Assembly (NCBI GenBank): GCA_965644265.1
Contig: OZ286464.1
Location: 29,884,001 to 29,948,000, forward strand
DNA length: 64,000 nucleotides
Origin: Glycera tridactyla
Lineage: Eukaryota
Direction: 5' to 3'
Notes under the pieces: generated by a model
Databases searched by the model: none
Told to the model about the DNA's origin: nothing
What the model saw: only the letters and a program-made list of their open reading frames with translations
Position numbers and translations under genes: made by a program
Shown: in pieces, positions 40,099 to 53,985 of the stretch
Numbering within the stretch: position 1 is the first letter of the stretch
Layout: every line of letters starts with the position of its first letter

Positions 40099-40559
40099 AG
40101 CTACGCCCGGGGGGGGGGGGCTAGGTTTGATCATTAATCCTATCACATTTCTCAAGGTCCCCTCGCAAGGAAATGCGTCATTGACGAAATATTGATACAG
40201 ACTCAGAAATTCGGAGAGATCTATCAGGAACTGCTGAACCATTCAGATTATTGCCTATGTGATTTCGCTACATTGATCGTTCCTAAATATCTTCTGACAT
40301 CCGTTGGCTCATTTCCCAAGTTTGAAAGATATCCCACTCGAGCATGAAATCAGTGAATTTCACTAAGGCGCATCGCTTCAGACTTAAAATTCAAATCTTG
40401 TCTGACCATGGCATCACATCATATGGTATAACGAGTGATTGTTTCTCTATATTAGTGTGAGTTTTAACCCACGACAAAGAGGAAAGGGGGCAGCGAAGGA
40501 GGAGAGAAGGACAACGGTTAAATTTTTGCATCATTATTCGTCTAATTTAGCGACTGGAA

Positions 40560-40705
40560 CAGAAGCGACAACGACGACGATGAGGAAGAGAAAGGCGGCG
40601 ACCACAGCAGCGAAGGCGACGTAGATGACGACGATGATGATGACGACAACGATGACGACGACGACGAGGACGACGAGGACAATGATGATGATGATGATGA
40701 TGATT
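40560..40705. repeat. GAC/GAT compound microsatellite
   Basis: GACGACGATGATGATGAC... tracts. Confidence 0.9.
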
Positions 40706-41269
40706 ACGAAATTTTTGGGAACATTTCCAATCACATACGTGTGCTATGGTCCAGAAATCGTCAGTGTCAGGAAGAAGGCGAAAGGAGATGGGAGAGGCTA
40801 CTGTAAGCTTGGTGAAGAAGCAAGCAAAAACTGAGACATTGATCATATATCTCATCTGAATGTCTGCTGAGCCTTCGATTGTGATTTATACGCCTGTCTG
40901 CACTTGTGTCAGCTACATATTTTTTACACTACGACATCACCACCCACACACAGCGCAGACTGGATTGCCTTCTCAGAAGCACATATACGATAAATTTGGA
41001 GATATAATTCTTACGGCCATTCTCCTGGCATGCAGCTTCCACCACGTGTGCAAAATAGCGAAATTGGTCACATGATGATCGCATCATTGGTTGTGAATAT
41101 CTGTCACTGAGTGTGATCGGTGTGGCAATCCAATATCTGATATCTCCTTTGGTCTTGGTATTGCTGCATTTGGTCTCTTCCTTTTTGTCTTGTCTTTTCT
41201 TGTCCTCTCTGCTGTCATGACGTCTGTCCTATAAGCAGCTGAAGAAGGTGTATTCTACTGGGAGTATCA

Positions 41270-41273
41270 ATCG

Positions 41274-41318
<45 letters not shown>

Positions 41319-41350
41319 CTAACCAGCCAACCGTCCAACCAACCGACCAA
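41270..41350. repeat. (AATC)n/(AACC)n microsatellite
   Basis: AATCAATCAATC... grading into AACC. Confidence 0.9.
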
Positions 41351-42314
41351 CAAACCAGTCGATAGTGATTATCTGACTATATGTGAACGTTTATGAGTGA
41401 ATAGCGTACTGCATGACTGCCAATTCTGACATCATCTCCGAGCCCTCCTTCAGGAATATGGGGCAGCGAGTCATCAGCGAGCCACCCGTGGATTTGTCTT
41501 GTACCATCATGGCCATAATTCATCACAAAAAGAAGAGTTCGCAAAAAGTTCGGTTTATTATGTTCAGAGCCGGGACTATTTTCGCATAATCATAGCTCTC
41601 TCTGTCTCACTCTGTCTGTCTGTGTGTCTCTCTCTCTGTCTCTCTCTCTCTGTGCACAAATAGTGAGTGTGTGTTTTGGTTGATATGATAGTTTGTAAAG
41701 GAGTAAAGGAGTAATTCTTTTTTGCACCTAATTACCAGATTTGGTGGATCAATGCGCCGATCCATGAATGAAGTTGTAGATACCGTGAGTAAGACCAGCC
41801 AATCAAAAATCAGGACTCGCAGGCATTCACTATTTGTGCGTAGCTATACATCTCTGAGTGGTCGTATCTGTGTGCTTCGGTAATCGGCAACAAAAACGAA
41901 TGTATGGCGGAATGCCCATTACGTAATCGCTACATTTCCTCAAATTGTCGTTCATCAGATCAATGAATCATCTTAGAATTGTGAAAGATTAGATCATTCG
42001 ATCGTTCTACACAGATCCGATTGAGATTCCTTTGATTATATCGGCCTCGAGAGTCAGAATCGGCGAAGTTAGAAAGCATTTCGAGCAGAGAGGTGGTGGC
42101 ATAATGATCTCCAATGGAGATCACAAAAACAAGACAGCATTGAGCTGCCTTAATTGACCATATGGACATAGATGAACTGTTTCTGCTCAATGAGAACCGT
42201 ATACCCTGTTCCTTGCCAATGACACTCTCAAGTCCCAACACAAGATGATGGGACCATGTGGAGGATAACAGATGCCATATCTACATTACTAAATTGGTAC
42301 AGCGATTTATTTAG

Positions 42315-42850
42315 CACAAAACCTTGAACAAGGAAAAACATCGAGTTGTGAAAATACTTAATTGAAAGCTTCACCTATCAAATGTCAAACACAAACCAGA
42401 TTTTCAATAATATGTGACCTGTGCTTGCGGCACAGTACCATAATATTTCGTAGTACTAGTCGGCAGCGAGCGAGGGGTCCTCCCTAGAATATTGTTTCTC
42501 GCTGTGGTTTCCATACTCTCACTAACCCTGAACACAAGACATGTCGGACACACGTCTCCCGCCAGACCAAATAACAGATCAACCTATTCATACCATTTCT
42601 ACGTGAATGAATCGTCACAGTAATGCTTTTTCTCACTCAAAACATTGAACAAGGAAATGCACTAAGATTTGAGAATACTCAACTAATTTTTTCACCCATA
42701 AATTATTAACAACAAACCTACTTTTCAACAACATGTACCCTATGCTTGCAGCACAGTGCTATATCACTTCCTAGTAAAGCTAGATGACAGTGAGCGGAAA
42801 ACTCTTCTCAGAAGATGGTTTCATGACCAGTGAACACAGACATGGAAATC
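42315..42850. repeat. Diverged tandem duplication, period about 321 bp
   Basis: TTGAACAAGGAAA at 42324 and 42645; TGCTTGC(G/A)GCACAGT and GAACACA(A)GACATG are collinear in both units. Confidence 0.7.
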
Positions 42851-43981
42851 GATCACCAGTCATGTGAGTGATACATTGCTGTACTCTTCTGAGGCAATGG
42901 ATCCTTCCGAGCAAAATAATCTCTTCTCATGCAGTATATATCAGCATGAACATGAACCAAAGCTGCCCTTCCCAATCGGGTATATCTAGAAGCAGATTAG
43001 GGTCAACATTTCGCTCATGTAGGATTTGTTTCAAAGGCCATCGCCAGATGATATCCATGCTGATGTAGGTACAAACATCTAGAAAGAGATCCCCTAGTAT
43101 ACATTTTGAATTCAGGAGGGCAAAAAACATCTAATGGATGAGAAAGAAACATGTATCTTCCCAATCGACTTATGAGCATTTCAAAATACTATGCAACTCA
43201 ATCTTCGCCCATTATCGCTATTATCTATTTCTCAATATCTGAATGTATTTTCTGGGAGGAGGGTAACATTAAGGCCGATCGTTATCATTTGTCTGTTGAT
43301 TTGGGAGGGAGATGTGTTCTCCAGCGCCCCCTTTTGGGAATGAATACAGTTCTGTATCCTTTTGAACCCTTCTGAACCCTTTGAAGAATATGGTACGCTA
43401 AGGTCAGCACAAAATACTCCTGAGAAAGTGGACAATGGACTTGCGATAATAGAATATGTTCATGCTGGAAGATACAAATCAGTCCTGGCTCCATACCCTT
43501 CACGATCTCTACATTGCACATGGATTGATTGCAAAACGTACCGAGTAATTCCCATGGATCTGGAACATAGTGTGTCTTGGTGGCTGGCAATGGTTGCAAA
43601 CCCCAGAGTGGATGTTTATGAGTAGAACAGCTGAATTAAACTTTGATATAGTGTTGCCGGCCTTCAAACTCCAACTCGTCGCACAATGGTCTATTGAGTT
43701 AGGCATTGCGGCGGTATTCATAAATTCGCCCTTACTCATATTAAAAGTCAATTTGTTTTTGTTGAGCAATTTGACGTTTTCACTCAATGAGTTTGCTGAA
43801 TCAAAATGTTGGCCTTGGTACATTTGATTGATAATGGAGCGTGTCTGCTAGATTAACTGAGAATGATTTGCAATGTGGAGTCTTTGATGGAGCCTGTTTT
43901 GCGAATTGTGTGCGCTAATGCACCCTTATTCCCCTCATGATATCATTAACACAGCCACTGCCTCTTGCACTATCGCTGCTT

Positions 43982-44044
43982 CAGTCAAACCTCTCGACAA
44001 ATCTCATTCAGGGTAATGTATCTAAGTGGCCTTTGTCGAGAGGT
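43982..44044. mobile_element. Remnant of a CAGT-ended MITE with a perfect 13-bp internal inverted repeat
   Basis: CAGTCAAACCTCTCGACAAA...TTTGTCGAGAGGT: ACCTCTCGACAAA (43989-44001) and TTTGTCGAGAGGT (44032-44044). Confidence 0.5.
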
Positions 44045-44394
44045 AGCATCTAAATAGAATGTGTCTATCATTTCAGAAATGTTTTTGTCAACAGACTGTT
44101 AGCTGCCTCCAACCATGTAATATGAGTCCTTGGCAGGAGCTGCAGAAGAGGAGGACTCCCAACTGGCACGTTCACCAATACTATCTAGAGGAATACAAGA
44201 CTGGAACTCGTAGAACTACCTGCTCGTATGAATGACACAGGGCAGTGGCGCACCACCATGGCCCGAGCTAGAGCAAGCTCGGGAAAAGCAAGTAAGCAAA
44301 CTTCCCTTATCAGAGGTGACTTTCGAAGCACATTCGACTGTGCTTTCATTCTTTCATCTCTAAATCCCTCATAAATTTCTCACAATGGAGTTTT

Positions 44395-44510
44395 TTTCGT
44401 GACCAGTGAACACAGAGATGGAAATCAATATCTGAATGTATTTTCTGGGAGGAGGGAAACATTTAGTCCGATCGCTATTATTTGTTTATTGATTTAGAAG
44501 GGAGATGTGT
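44395..44510. repeat. Third local copy that joins sequence matching 42825-42850 directly to sequence matching 43234-43320
   Basis: GACCAGTGAACACAGAGATGGAAATC|AATATCTGAATGTATTTTCTGGGAGGAGGG...GGGAGATGTGTT. Confidence 0.8.
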
Positions 44511-45479
44511 TTTGTAATTGATGTTTTAGTCTACTAGTGGGTTTCAGGGCTCCCCATGAAGGACGAGAATTCTCCATACTTGGAATTGAATCAAATTGCT
44601 CGCTCATAATCTCTCAATGTTGAAAATGGCTGAGATAAGTACCTTGTTGGTTCTCTCTAGATTCGACCTTTTCCTTGGTCAATATGTCAGACTCAAAAAA
44701 GACCAAACATTCATGCTTGCATCAAACAAATGTTCATTCACATTTCATTTAACTCCGTATTATACCATTGTGCTAGGTTTCAACAGAAGGGAACGATCAC
44801 CTACTTTGTTATTTTGACACAAAAGCTATGTCAAATCTGATGGATGACAAGATGTGTCAAATCAAATCTTGGCGGATGAGTTTCACTCACTCATGTCACC
44901 ATTCGTTATTCACTATTAGTTCTGATGGAATGACTAGGTTTCATAGAGTTACAATAATCATTAGACATGATTTCAGTTAGCGTGCTTGTGAAAAAGATTC
45001 ACTCTTATTTCATTGCACTTATCCTAAGGAACTGCCAGCATTGTCGGCTATTATTCGTTTAAGATGCAATAATGTCCAGGATGTGCCATGAACTGTGATA
45101 TTTTGCTGATACATATGGTTTAGTGGTGCGAGTGATCAAAGTTTTCACCCTGGAATCGAAAAATTTCGAATAATTTCGGGACCTATGACTGAAGCTGTTA
45201 TCCTTGTGCTGAATATTGGCTATTTCCACCCATATCGACTGAGTGATCATCAATTTCCTTACTCACGGTATGGAAGGGTCGAGTGTGCGCGCGCTGAAGT
45301 TGCTGATACTGGCAAGATGGTCGGAAGATGGCCCCACCGGTGGTCCACTGCCAAAGAGTAGGACATAGATTCAGAAAAGAGTGTCTACTCTCAAATATTC
45401 GATCAAGCAAATAGTCGATCTATCAATAGATCATACCAACAATTTATCCATCTACCAGCAGGGTATGAATTCTTATTTC

Positions 45480-46827
45480 TCAAACTAGACATGCTTAACC
45501 AAAGTGAAGGCATGATCTCTGATATCTTAAGCTTCAAAGGGTCAATTGCCAGCCCCAGTTTGTTCTCATTACATATCAATAGCCTCTTCAAGCCATTTGA
45601 AAATTCTCAGGTCAATTTGTATGTGAATGACAAGACTATGTCAAATTCAAATGGTGGTACGTACAACTGGCATGTGGACTATTCTAGATAGCTACCTCCA
45701 GAAAGTGCCCACTTAGCCACATGATAACAAAAACACTTTGAATAATAATGAAACAAAAGTCATATTTTTCAGGGAGTTTGATATATTGCATATAAAGTAT
45801 GATAAAGTCGAGATCGAGGAGGTAGCCACATCTGAACCCCTTCCAGTTCAATTAGTATAACTACTGAAATTCTGTGCTCTTGCAGATAACATGCGAGCCA
45901 AAACATAAGGCAAAATTGGGATAATTGGACACCTTCGACAAGTTATACATCGAGATGTAGCATGCATGCTTTGAAAAACATTAGTTGCACCTATTATGAT
46001 ATGAAATATGATACATTGTGCCGAAAGGACACATATACACTGCATGGGTAGTTAAGCCATCCTGATATTTGGGAAAACATATCAGGTGACATACTGTTGA
46101 TCTCATATTAATAGAATGAGTATTGTGTATATAGTATCCAGCATAAAATACTTCTGAATATATTTGAAGAAGGGATGCATGTGTTCATGGATACCAATCA
46201 ACTGATCAGATTTATTCTCACGTGAGAACCAAACTAACAGCAATACTATGTAAATATCGTTATTTCGTATATTTGTAAGTATATAGATTTCTACTAACTA
46301 ATCATCGTGTGAGTGACATTGGTTGGATGATTTCCAGTTGTGCTTAGTCTGTTTGTAGAATTATTTCTCCTTGTTTTTAGTTGGTGTCAGAAAAATCCTA
46401 AATGGGAAAATTGCACATGGCAAATATGTTGGATGAGCTTCATCTGTCCCATCTGATCTGATTTGTATTGTTGTTCCATGATTCTTGTGATGACATGCCA
46501 AATTTCACCATCAGACTGACAAATCAACGACCAATACACAGATAGTCATGTAGAGTGACTAGAGCGACAGACATGAGACATTTGAAACATTAAGTGCAAC
46601 TGTTATCTTAGACCATACAAGACCGCTCATTCTTTTATCACCCTCATTACATCAGCATCCTCACCTCACCCCACTTCGCCTCATCGCTATCATCACCTCA
46701 CTCTCATATTTGGAATGTCTGTATATATGTTATCGTCAACCTGAAAATGGACAATGCTTCATCTTGTATGTGCTTGTTTAACTACTATTGACGAACTCAA
46801 ATAAAAGTTTTAAAATCAAAATCAAAA
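45480..46827 (+). mobile_element. Highly decayed CR1/L2-like LINE (RT core at about 45480-45840; probable tail at about 46799-46827)
   Basis: GSIASPSLFSLHINSLFKPFENSQVNLYVNDKT resembles GSILGPLLFSIYINDL..LYADDT. TLNNNETKVIFF and IEEV follow. The region ends AATAAAAGTTTTAAAATCAAAATCAAAA. The intervening sequence is not verifiable. Confidence 0.55.
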
Positions 46828-48309
46828 ATGGTATGCAGATCATACGGATTAATGGACCGAGCAGCCAACGGTTGGACAAACAAATCAAGATACAAGTGCA
46901 CAGACAGACAGACAGACAGATAGACGGACGGGAGGACGNNNNNNNNNNNNNNNNNNNNNNNNNNNNNNNNNNNNNNNNNNNNNNNNNNNNNNNNNNNNNN
47001 NNNNNNNNNNNNNNNNNNNNNNNNNNNNNNNNNNNNNNNNNNNNNNNNNNNNNNNNNNNNNNNNNNNNNNNNNNNNNNNNNNNNNNNNNNNNNNNNNNNN
47101 NNNNNNNNNNNNNNNNNNNNNNNNNNNNNNNNNNNNNNNNNNNNNNNNNNNNNNNNNNNNNNNNNNNNNNNNNNNNNNNNNNNNNNNNNNNNNNNNNNNN
47201 NNNNNNNNNNNNNNNNNNNNNCACACTGACACACATGCAGACACGTGGATAAACACGTATAAAGACAGACCCAAAGACAGCGAAATCGGTAAGATTGACA
47301 GTCACATAGAGAGATGAAGCCGGGAGTCACCGGGAAATCAGGATATTTTTATCTAGTGTCTGTATGTTCTACTTAACAATAGCTCTCGCAATTTTGCTGG
47401 GAAGGAGGGAACGATATTGTGATTACGATATTCAATAGCTAGGGAACGTTGGTAGTCAAACAAGTTTGAGGAACACAGGGAATGGGATAGTCTGGTACAA
47501 TCTGGTAAACGATATGGATGCATTAGTTGAATCAACATAGCCCTGCGTGTCTGGAACAGGGTTTTATTGTATTGGAGCGCATGAACGAAGTCTACAACAC
47601 AGATTTTGTTTCCAGAATAGCTAAAGCAGCACTTAATCACGCATGAATGGAAACAGTAATCGAAGATATCACATTAGTCAGCTGTGGCAATTTTCGTTCG
47701 TTGTGTTAGAATTGATAAAAATGTATAATGGCTACAACACTGAATCAGAGGCACATTTTTCTCTCAAATGAGCAGAACGGACTTTAAGTTCGGAGTGCAT
47801 ACGGAAATCTTCAAAGGTTTGTAGAAGTGGGAGGAGAATCAGCGGAGAGATCGATTGGGATGCAAAATAACATGAAGCGTCTTGGTTCAAATCTTCATTG
47901 GAATACTTGCGGAGACGATTGCTGATTTTGTATATCTTTGGAGAAGTTGAATCAACTGTGGCATCTGGTAATATGATTGCTGAATCTTGCAAGTGGTATT
48001 CCTCAATATCCATCATCACTACCACGATCTGCACACCACTACCACATCCGCCGCAAACACCACCAGCAGCACAAGCACCACTACTACCATTTTCAGGGCC
48101 TCTATTACTATTCCCTGTAACCGGCCGTGAGCCGCTTTGGGGCTAGCAGTGTCGAGGTATCATGCCAATATGTCACGAGGAAGCACATCCACTAATACTC
48201 ACATACACATAAACCCACAAACCCACACATACGCACACAAACACACGCACAGACACATACGTAGTCTGGTGAGAATCCACAATATCCTTCCGCACCAGGG
48301 CAGGACAGT

Positions 48310-49463
48310 GGCCAGAAGCTAATCAGACACTTGTTAGTACATATTTACAGGGATGACAATAGAGATCCAGCGAGTTGTAATACAAAGAAGTGCGTTCGAC
48401 GTTACTATGCATGCGAGTCTAATCGGAGAGGATGAATACTCTATGTCGCTAATATGAAACATAACTACACTATCACAAAACCGTGACAAGATAACAGGAA
48501 GATTTTAGAATAAATTTTGGCACTGCAATCGGCAAGAGATTCAGGCCGCAAGTGTCCCAGACGCATCTAATGGAGATGGTTGAGGCGGCAAATTTCAATT
48601 ATCACTCATATGGCACCTTCAGCCTCCTCATCACGCTGTCTGGCCAGCCGATCAAGATGTCACCGACCTGAGTTGCATCTTGGATGCTGACAATATGGAT
48701 GATATATGCCTGTTTCATATTCGCACTCATTGTAGCAGAGGATAGCCTCCGAGTGTGGAATAGCTGGAGGTTGGATCCTATGAGGAGAAAATCACGTTAT
48801 TTTGGGAGTACTGATCCGATATCAGATGATCCAATACATTACTTGAAGAGACCCCATATGCAGACACATATCGACATAAGCTAGCGGCCAGAAGCTAATC
48901 AGACACTTGTTAGTACATATTTACAGGGATGACAATAGAGATCCAGCGAGTTGTAATACAAAGAAGTGCGTTCGACGTTACTATGCATGCGAGTCTAATC
49001 GGAGAGGATGAATACTCTATGTCGCTAATATGAAACATAACTACACTATCACAAAACCGTGACAAGATAACAGGAAGATTTTAGAATAAATTTTGGCACT
49101 GCAATCGGCAAGAGATTCAGGCCGCAAGTGTCCCAGACGCATCTAATGGAGATGGTTGAGGCGGCAAATTTCAATTATCACTCATATGGCACCTTCAGCC
49201 TCCTCATCACGCTGTCTGGTCAGCCGATCAAGATGTCACCGACCTGAGTTGCATCTTGGATGCTGACAATATGGATGATATATGCCTGTTTCATATTCGC
49301 ACTCATTGTAGCAGAGGATAGCCTCCGAGTGTGGAATAGCTGGAGGTTGGATCCTATGAGGAGAAAATCACGTTATTTTGGGAGTACTGATCCGATATCA
49401 GATGATCCAATACATTACTTGAAGAGACCCCATATGCAGACACATATCGACATAAGCTAGCGG
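48310..49463. repeat. 576-bp head-to-tail tandem duplication, one mismatch
   Basis: 48310-48887 equals 48886-49463 except C48644 vs T49220, with a GG overlap at the junction. Identical 66-aa ORFs appear at 48684 and 49260. Confidence 0.97.
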
Positions 49464-49600
49464 TGGTGATGGTTGGCGATGATGGTGGTGGTGGTGGTGG
49501 TGGTTGTTGGAGATGATGGTGGTGGTGGTGGTGGTGGATAGCGATGATGGTGGAGGTGGTGGTGGTGGTGGTGATTGGCGATGACGATGATGGTGATCGG

Positions 49601-49660
<60 letters not shown>
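49464..49660. repeat. (GGT)n/(GAT)n microsatellite
   Basis: Directly abuts the end of the second duplicate copy. Confidence 0.92.
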
Positions 49661-49663
<3 letters not shown>

Positions 49664-49744
49664 GCACTGTCATGCATATCTACACAATGCTCAATATCGT
49701 ACAATAGAAAATATTGTATTGTAACGCACTCCATCAGATTACAT

Positions 49745-50005
49745 TATAGTGGATAACGTTGTGTCATATGGTATTGTATTTCACTTAACTGTGTTGTACT
49801 ATGCTGTACTGGATTTTACTTCATTGTATCATACTATACTCTGATTTGCTCCATGGCACTGTACCATACAGTACTATATTGTCTTCTGTTGTACCGTACT
49901 GCGCTGTATGGTGTCGTATCATACTGGACTGTACTGTACTGAGCTGGACCTAATTGAACAGGACTGGCATGAACCGAGCTGTGTTGTATTGAAACTGATC
50001 GTATT
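49745..50005. repeat. Degenerate (TGTAC/TGTAT)n pentamer tract
   Basis: CTGTACTGTACTG, GTATTGTATT and ATACTATACT motifs at about 5-nt period. Confidence 0.6.
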
Positions 50006-50729
50006 GGGTCGCATCATGCTACATGATGATGCAGCAGCTGCTGATGATGATGATCATTCTGGTGATAATCATGATGATGATACCCCCACAAATACTCGAA
50101 AACGTCGGACTTCGAGCGATAATTGACGGCAATCATACTTGTGACTTTGGGGTGTCGATCTTCGGAACTGAAGTACAGCAATCAGTACCCAGTCTATCCA
50201 GTTCAATGTAGGTGATTGCATTTTTCACTCTTGATTCGTCAATTCTCGTTTGATCCATGTTTTGATGACCAACCGGCTCACAAAACATGCGCCTGGTCAT
50301 ATGAAATCAGGGTGTATTCAACGAGGATCCACTGTCATTCCATTGCATTCATTCCACTGATCTCTCGATTTTCTCATTGACATATAGTGAGTGAAATATC
50401 CCGCGATGGATCATGTTCGCGATCTTCGCGAGGGGATGCAAGGAAGCAATAACAAGCCAGGTTTCAATCTGACGGATCCGAGTATGATCAATACATTGGA
50501 ACCTGCACTCACTGCGGGACTAACCGCAATCACAGTTGTGTTCAAACAAATGCTCTCCTCAAGTTTCATCTCAATCTGATGCTACGCTAATATCTACCCC
50601 ATGTTGACTCAACAAACACAAGTTCAATACTGGCGGGGATCAAAAACCTAATCCATTTCCCCACCTGCTGATACCAACATCACACAAGTACTACATCGAA
50701 GTCCTGAAATATGACACAATGTGACCTGA

Positions 50730-51150
50730 ATTGAGTGGCTGCCTTATTCACACTTTAGCCATTTATACATTATGTGTCTTCAGGAAAGCCTCAAATCCGT
50801 GCTCAAATGTAATTATGGATTTCAACCATGTACTGAACTTGGAACATATCTAATACAATTAGGATAATAAGGCAGGTAATTTATCTTGGCGATGAAAAGG
50901 AGATTGACAATTGAAAAGCTGAGATATAGACTCTCAGAGCAAGACTTCAGATTTAGAGCATCTCGAATTTGGATCAGGTTGATCGATAAATACCCAGAAG
51001 TAAAGATCTCAGAACCAAGTAAGTTTAAAAGATTGCTGAAAACAGTTGAACTGGAACATGAAACTCGAAATTTTGTGACTGCTAAAATGTGATATTCGCT
51101 AACGTGTCTGTAAGATAGAATCTACTGCATCGAAACTGAAAAATGTCATT
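50730..51150 (+). mobile_element. Decayed CR1/L2-like LINE 3' fragment
   Basis: EWLP.. followed by EKLRYRLSEQDFRFRASRIW, which resembles the SF.YR(G/A)..(I/L)WN C-terminal motif seen in the 11.3- and 39.7-kb copies. Confidence 0.45.
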
Positions 51151-53949
51151 TATTTCATTGCATTACCACTTTCATTATCACCATCCATAATCATTATCTA
51201 TCATCATCATCATTCTCATTTGGTCGTCGCATATTGCATACTAATCACATCGTAGTCATCTTGTCGATACTCTTCAGTTTCATCTATTATATCCCATGTT
51301 TTAGTACCATTATGTCGTGGTACTGGAAAAATGCGCTTGATTGCATGTAGATTGTCTGTACGAATGTAAATAAACTTTATTCAATAGGTGAGGGAGATTG
51401 TATCTATCAATATTCTGTATACTTTGATGCAGTAATCGTTTGGTTTCTAAGTCAGAATCCTTCATTTCGGCATACCGCCACCGAGAACACATGGATGATA
51501 CCTTCTTATCCCTTGTGATCCCTCACAAGGAAAGCGGCAATGGGTCAACAGAACCCGGAGGACCGAAACATCATATCTATAGCTCACCCATCATACAAAA
51601 TGATATCAATCATCGCAACCGAGGTTCATCTATTCAATAGGTGGAATAAAGACCAAAGCAGGTTTGCCGCACGGCTGGTCTTCACGACTTTTCACGAAAC
51701 AGTCACATAATCAAGACATGAAGATGACACACGATATACAATATATGAGACAATTTTCTTAGAACATGGCTCTTGATACATACAACTCCATAAGTTACCC
51801 TTATCCTCAAATGTGACCAATGATGTGCAAATATTCCACCGTACACCTCACATGCTTGAGCTAAGACTTGTACAGAAGCAGTCAATAAATCTTCTGATTT
51901 CTTGAGATATCATCATCATCGCTTATAATATTCAGCATTATTTCGAACGGAAAACCATGAAAGGCTATGACAATCTCTATGCCAAAAATTGCGAATGAAT
52001 GTTTCCATCAGCCATCTGGCAAATGAAAATGAACTATCATTTCCACTAGTCGCCGCCAGGTGTCACTCGAACAGACACGTCAGTGGTTGTCAATGTCTAA
52101 CACAGTGGAGGGGGATGGGATGGGGGTAACAATGAAAGAAAGATGGATCAAAAATATTTGTATCGTGGGTCTGAGTGGACATCCAACAGAGATAAAACAG
52201 CGGATGATCACTTCTCAAACAGCATCGTGTTGTTGCCGATGTTATAGGGGGGAACTTCGGTGAATACAGTAAGTTCGGTAGATAAGGTGATATTGTGTTT
52301 TCGAGACATTCCAAGTATTGATTTTCGAAGCCTGTCTGTGATATTTGCTATTGTCTGTGCGTCGTCTGTGACAGTTGGTTGTCGTAAAGTTTCACTTCCG
52401 GCAGCCGGTCTACCATAAATTGACCCAGAGATTTGGCCTTGATTATATTGCCTGGCTTGGCGTCATCCGAACTCAGCTCCATCTGTATTTTATCTGGAGA
52501 GTCAGCCACCACCACAACCACCACAATCTCTCCACTCATCCTGTTCCTTCAAGTCCTGCTTCATTACGATTCTGTGTTCAATTGATGATAATGTCTTCAT
52601 CAGCTCTCTAGTGTTGCGATTGTCCTCGGGAATGATCGGGGACTAGGAGTATGGATTTGTCAAACTATCTGCCGTAGTAACATGAGAATAATAATTGGCG
52701 GTTGAAAAGTGTGAAGGGCAGCAAAATCGTAGCTGGGTATCAGGGTTGATATTGGATACCGTTGGCCAACTTGGAGTCTCGTCTGCCATTCGGTTGCCAC
52801 AGATAAGACTCTGACTATCGATTATGAAAATCTGGCACGACTTCATATGCATAAAAACACTATAGAGCGATGTAACGGGTCGTGCTGACACGGATTCCCC
52901 GTGCGCACCATCGGCACCGTCATCCCGAGGCCAGTCTCATCCAAGCAGGCTGGCCCTGTAGAATTTGCGTTCTTTTATCATATGACTCAGATTCTCGCCT
53001 GGGATATGAGAACACCCACATTTGGGCAAGGTACACCCCTCTGCCATATACAAACTGGTAATCGAAACTACCAGACCGGAGTGTGTCCGAAGGACAATTT
53101 CGATCAGAATGAAACTATAGTTCACAGATACACCTTTGACACGTTGCATCACAATTTCAGGAAGCATCCGATCCCTTCGGTGAATTTGAATCTGGCATCA
53201 CAGTGTGGTATCAAATATATGATCGATGTGACAATTATATTCCGGGCAATCCGACTATCACGAATGAGGGAAGGGACAACCCTGCTCTCTGAAATACAGA
53301 GACTTCAGTTGACTAGCCAACCGATTCTGGGAACTGGAAAATGGAATTGAAATTTCATTATTTCATTAAGTTTCTTGAACACATAATCAAAAGTCACCGA
53401 AAAATTCCCCCCAACCACTCTATGATATTTCAGTAACATATTAGGATTTGATGATTACGATGATGATTATTGTCAACAATAGTAGGAAAAATTGCAATGA
53501 TAATGACGATGATGTTGAACCCAGATTTCAAATGGATCCATTGAGACTTGGGTTGGTGGTATCACTCGTTACCTAATGAGCTGAAATTATCGACCGAAAC
53601 AGTCAGAGTTAGATTGAATTGCAAAAGTTACTAGGAGGGAGTAGATATATGGTGTCCCACCCTGTCTATTTCAAAGAGAATGTTTACTAGGGTTGAAGGT
53701 GTATGAGAAGAACATAGAGCATGTTTACGGGAGGGAAGCCGACATAAAACTCTGATGTAAAGTCAACGTGGCCGCCAGCTCTAGCTCATCACGCCATCAC
53801 GTGTCGAATCCATCACCCTGGCAACCGTCATAAAACTGTCAACACACTCATTTAAGGTCGAATTCGGTCTCTACAATTTGTTTTTTTGTGGTTAAATGTA
53901 AAGCCAAAGCCGTATTGATAAGGTGAACAGACGGTCAGGACCACGTGTA

Positions 53950-53984
<35 letters not shown>
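53950..53984. repeat. (GT)n microsatellite
   Basis: GT run. Confidence 0.9.

Positions 53985-53985
<1 letters not shown>

Noticed and set aside
48660-48760. DDICLFHIRTHCSR resembling a PARP12-type CCCH finger
   Set aside because: A stop follows immediately and the remaining Cys/His ligands are absent.
52901-53350. 149-aa ORF, the longest gap-free non-TE, non-microsatellite ORF
   Set aside because: It has a non-ATG start, no recognisable domain and no coherent splice context.
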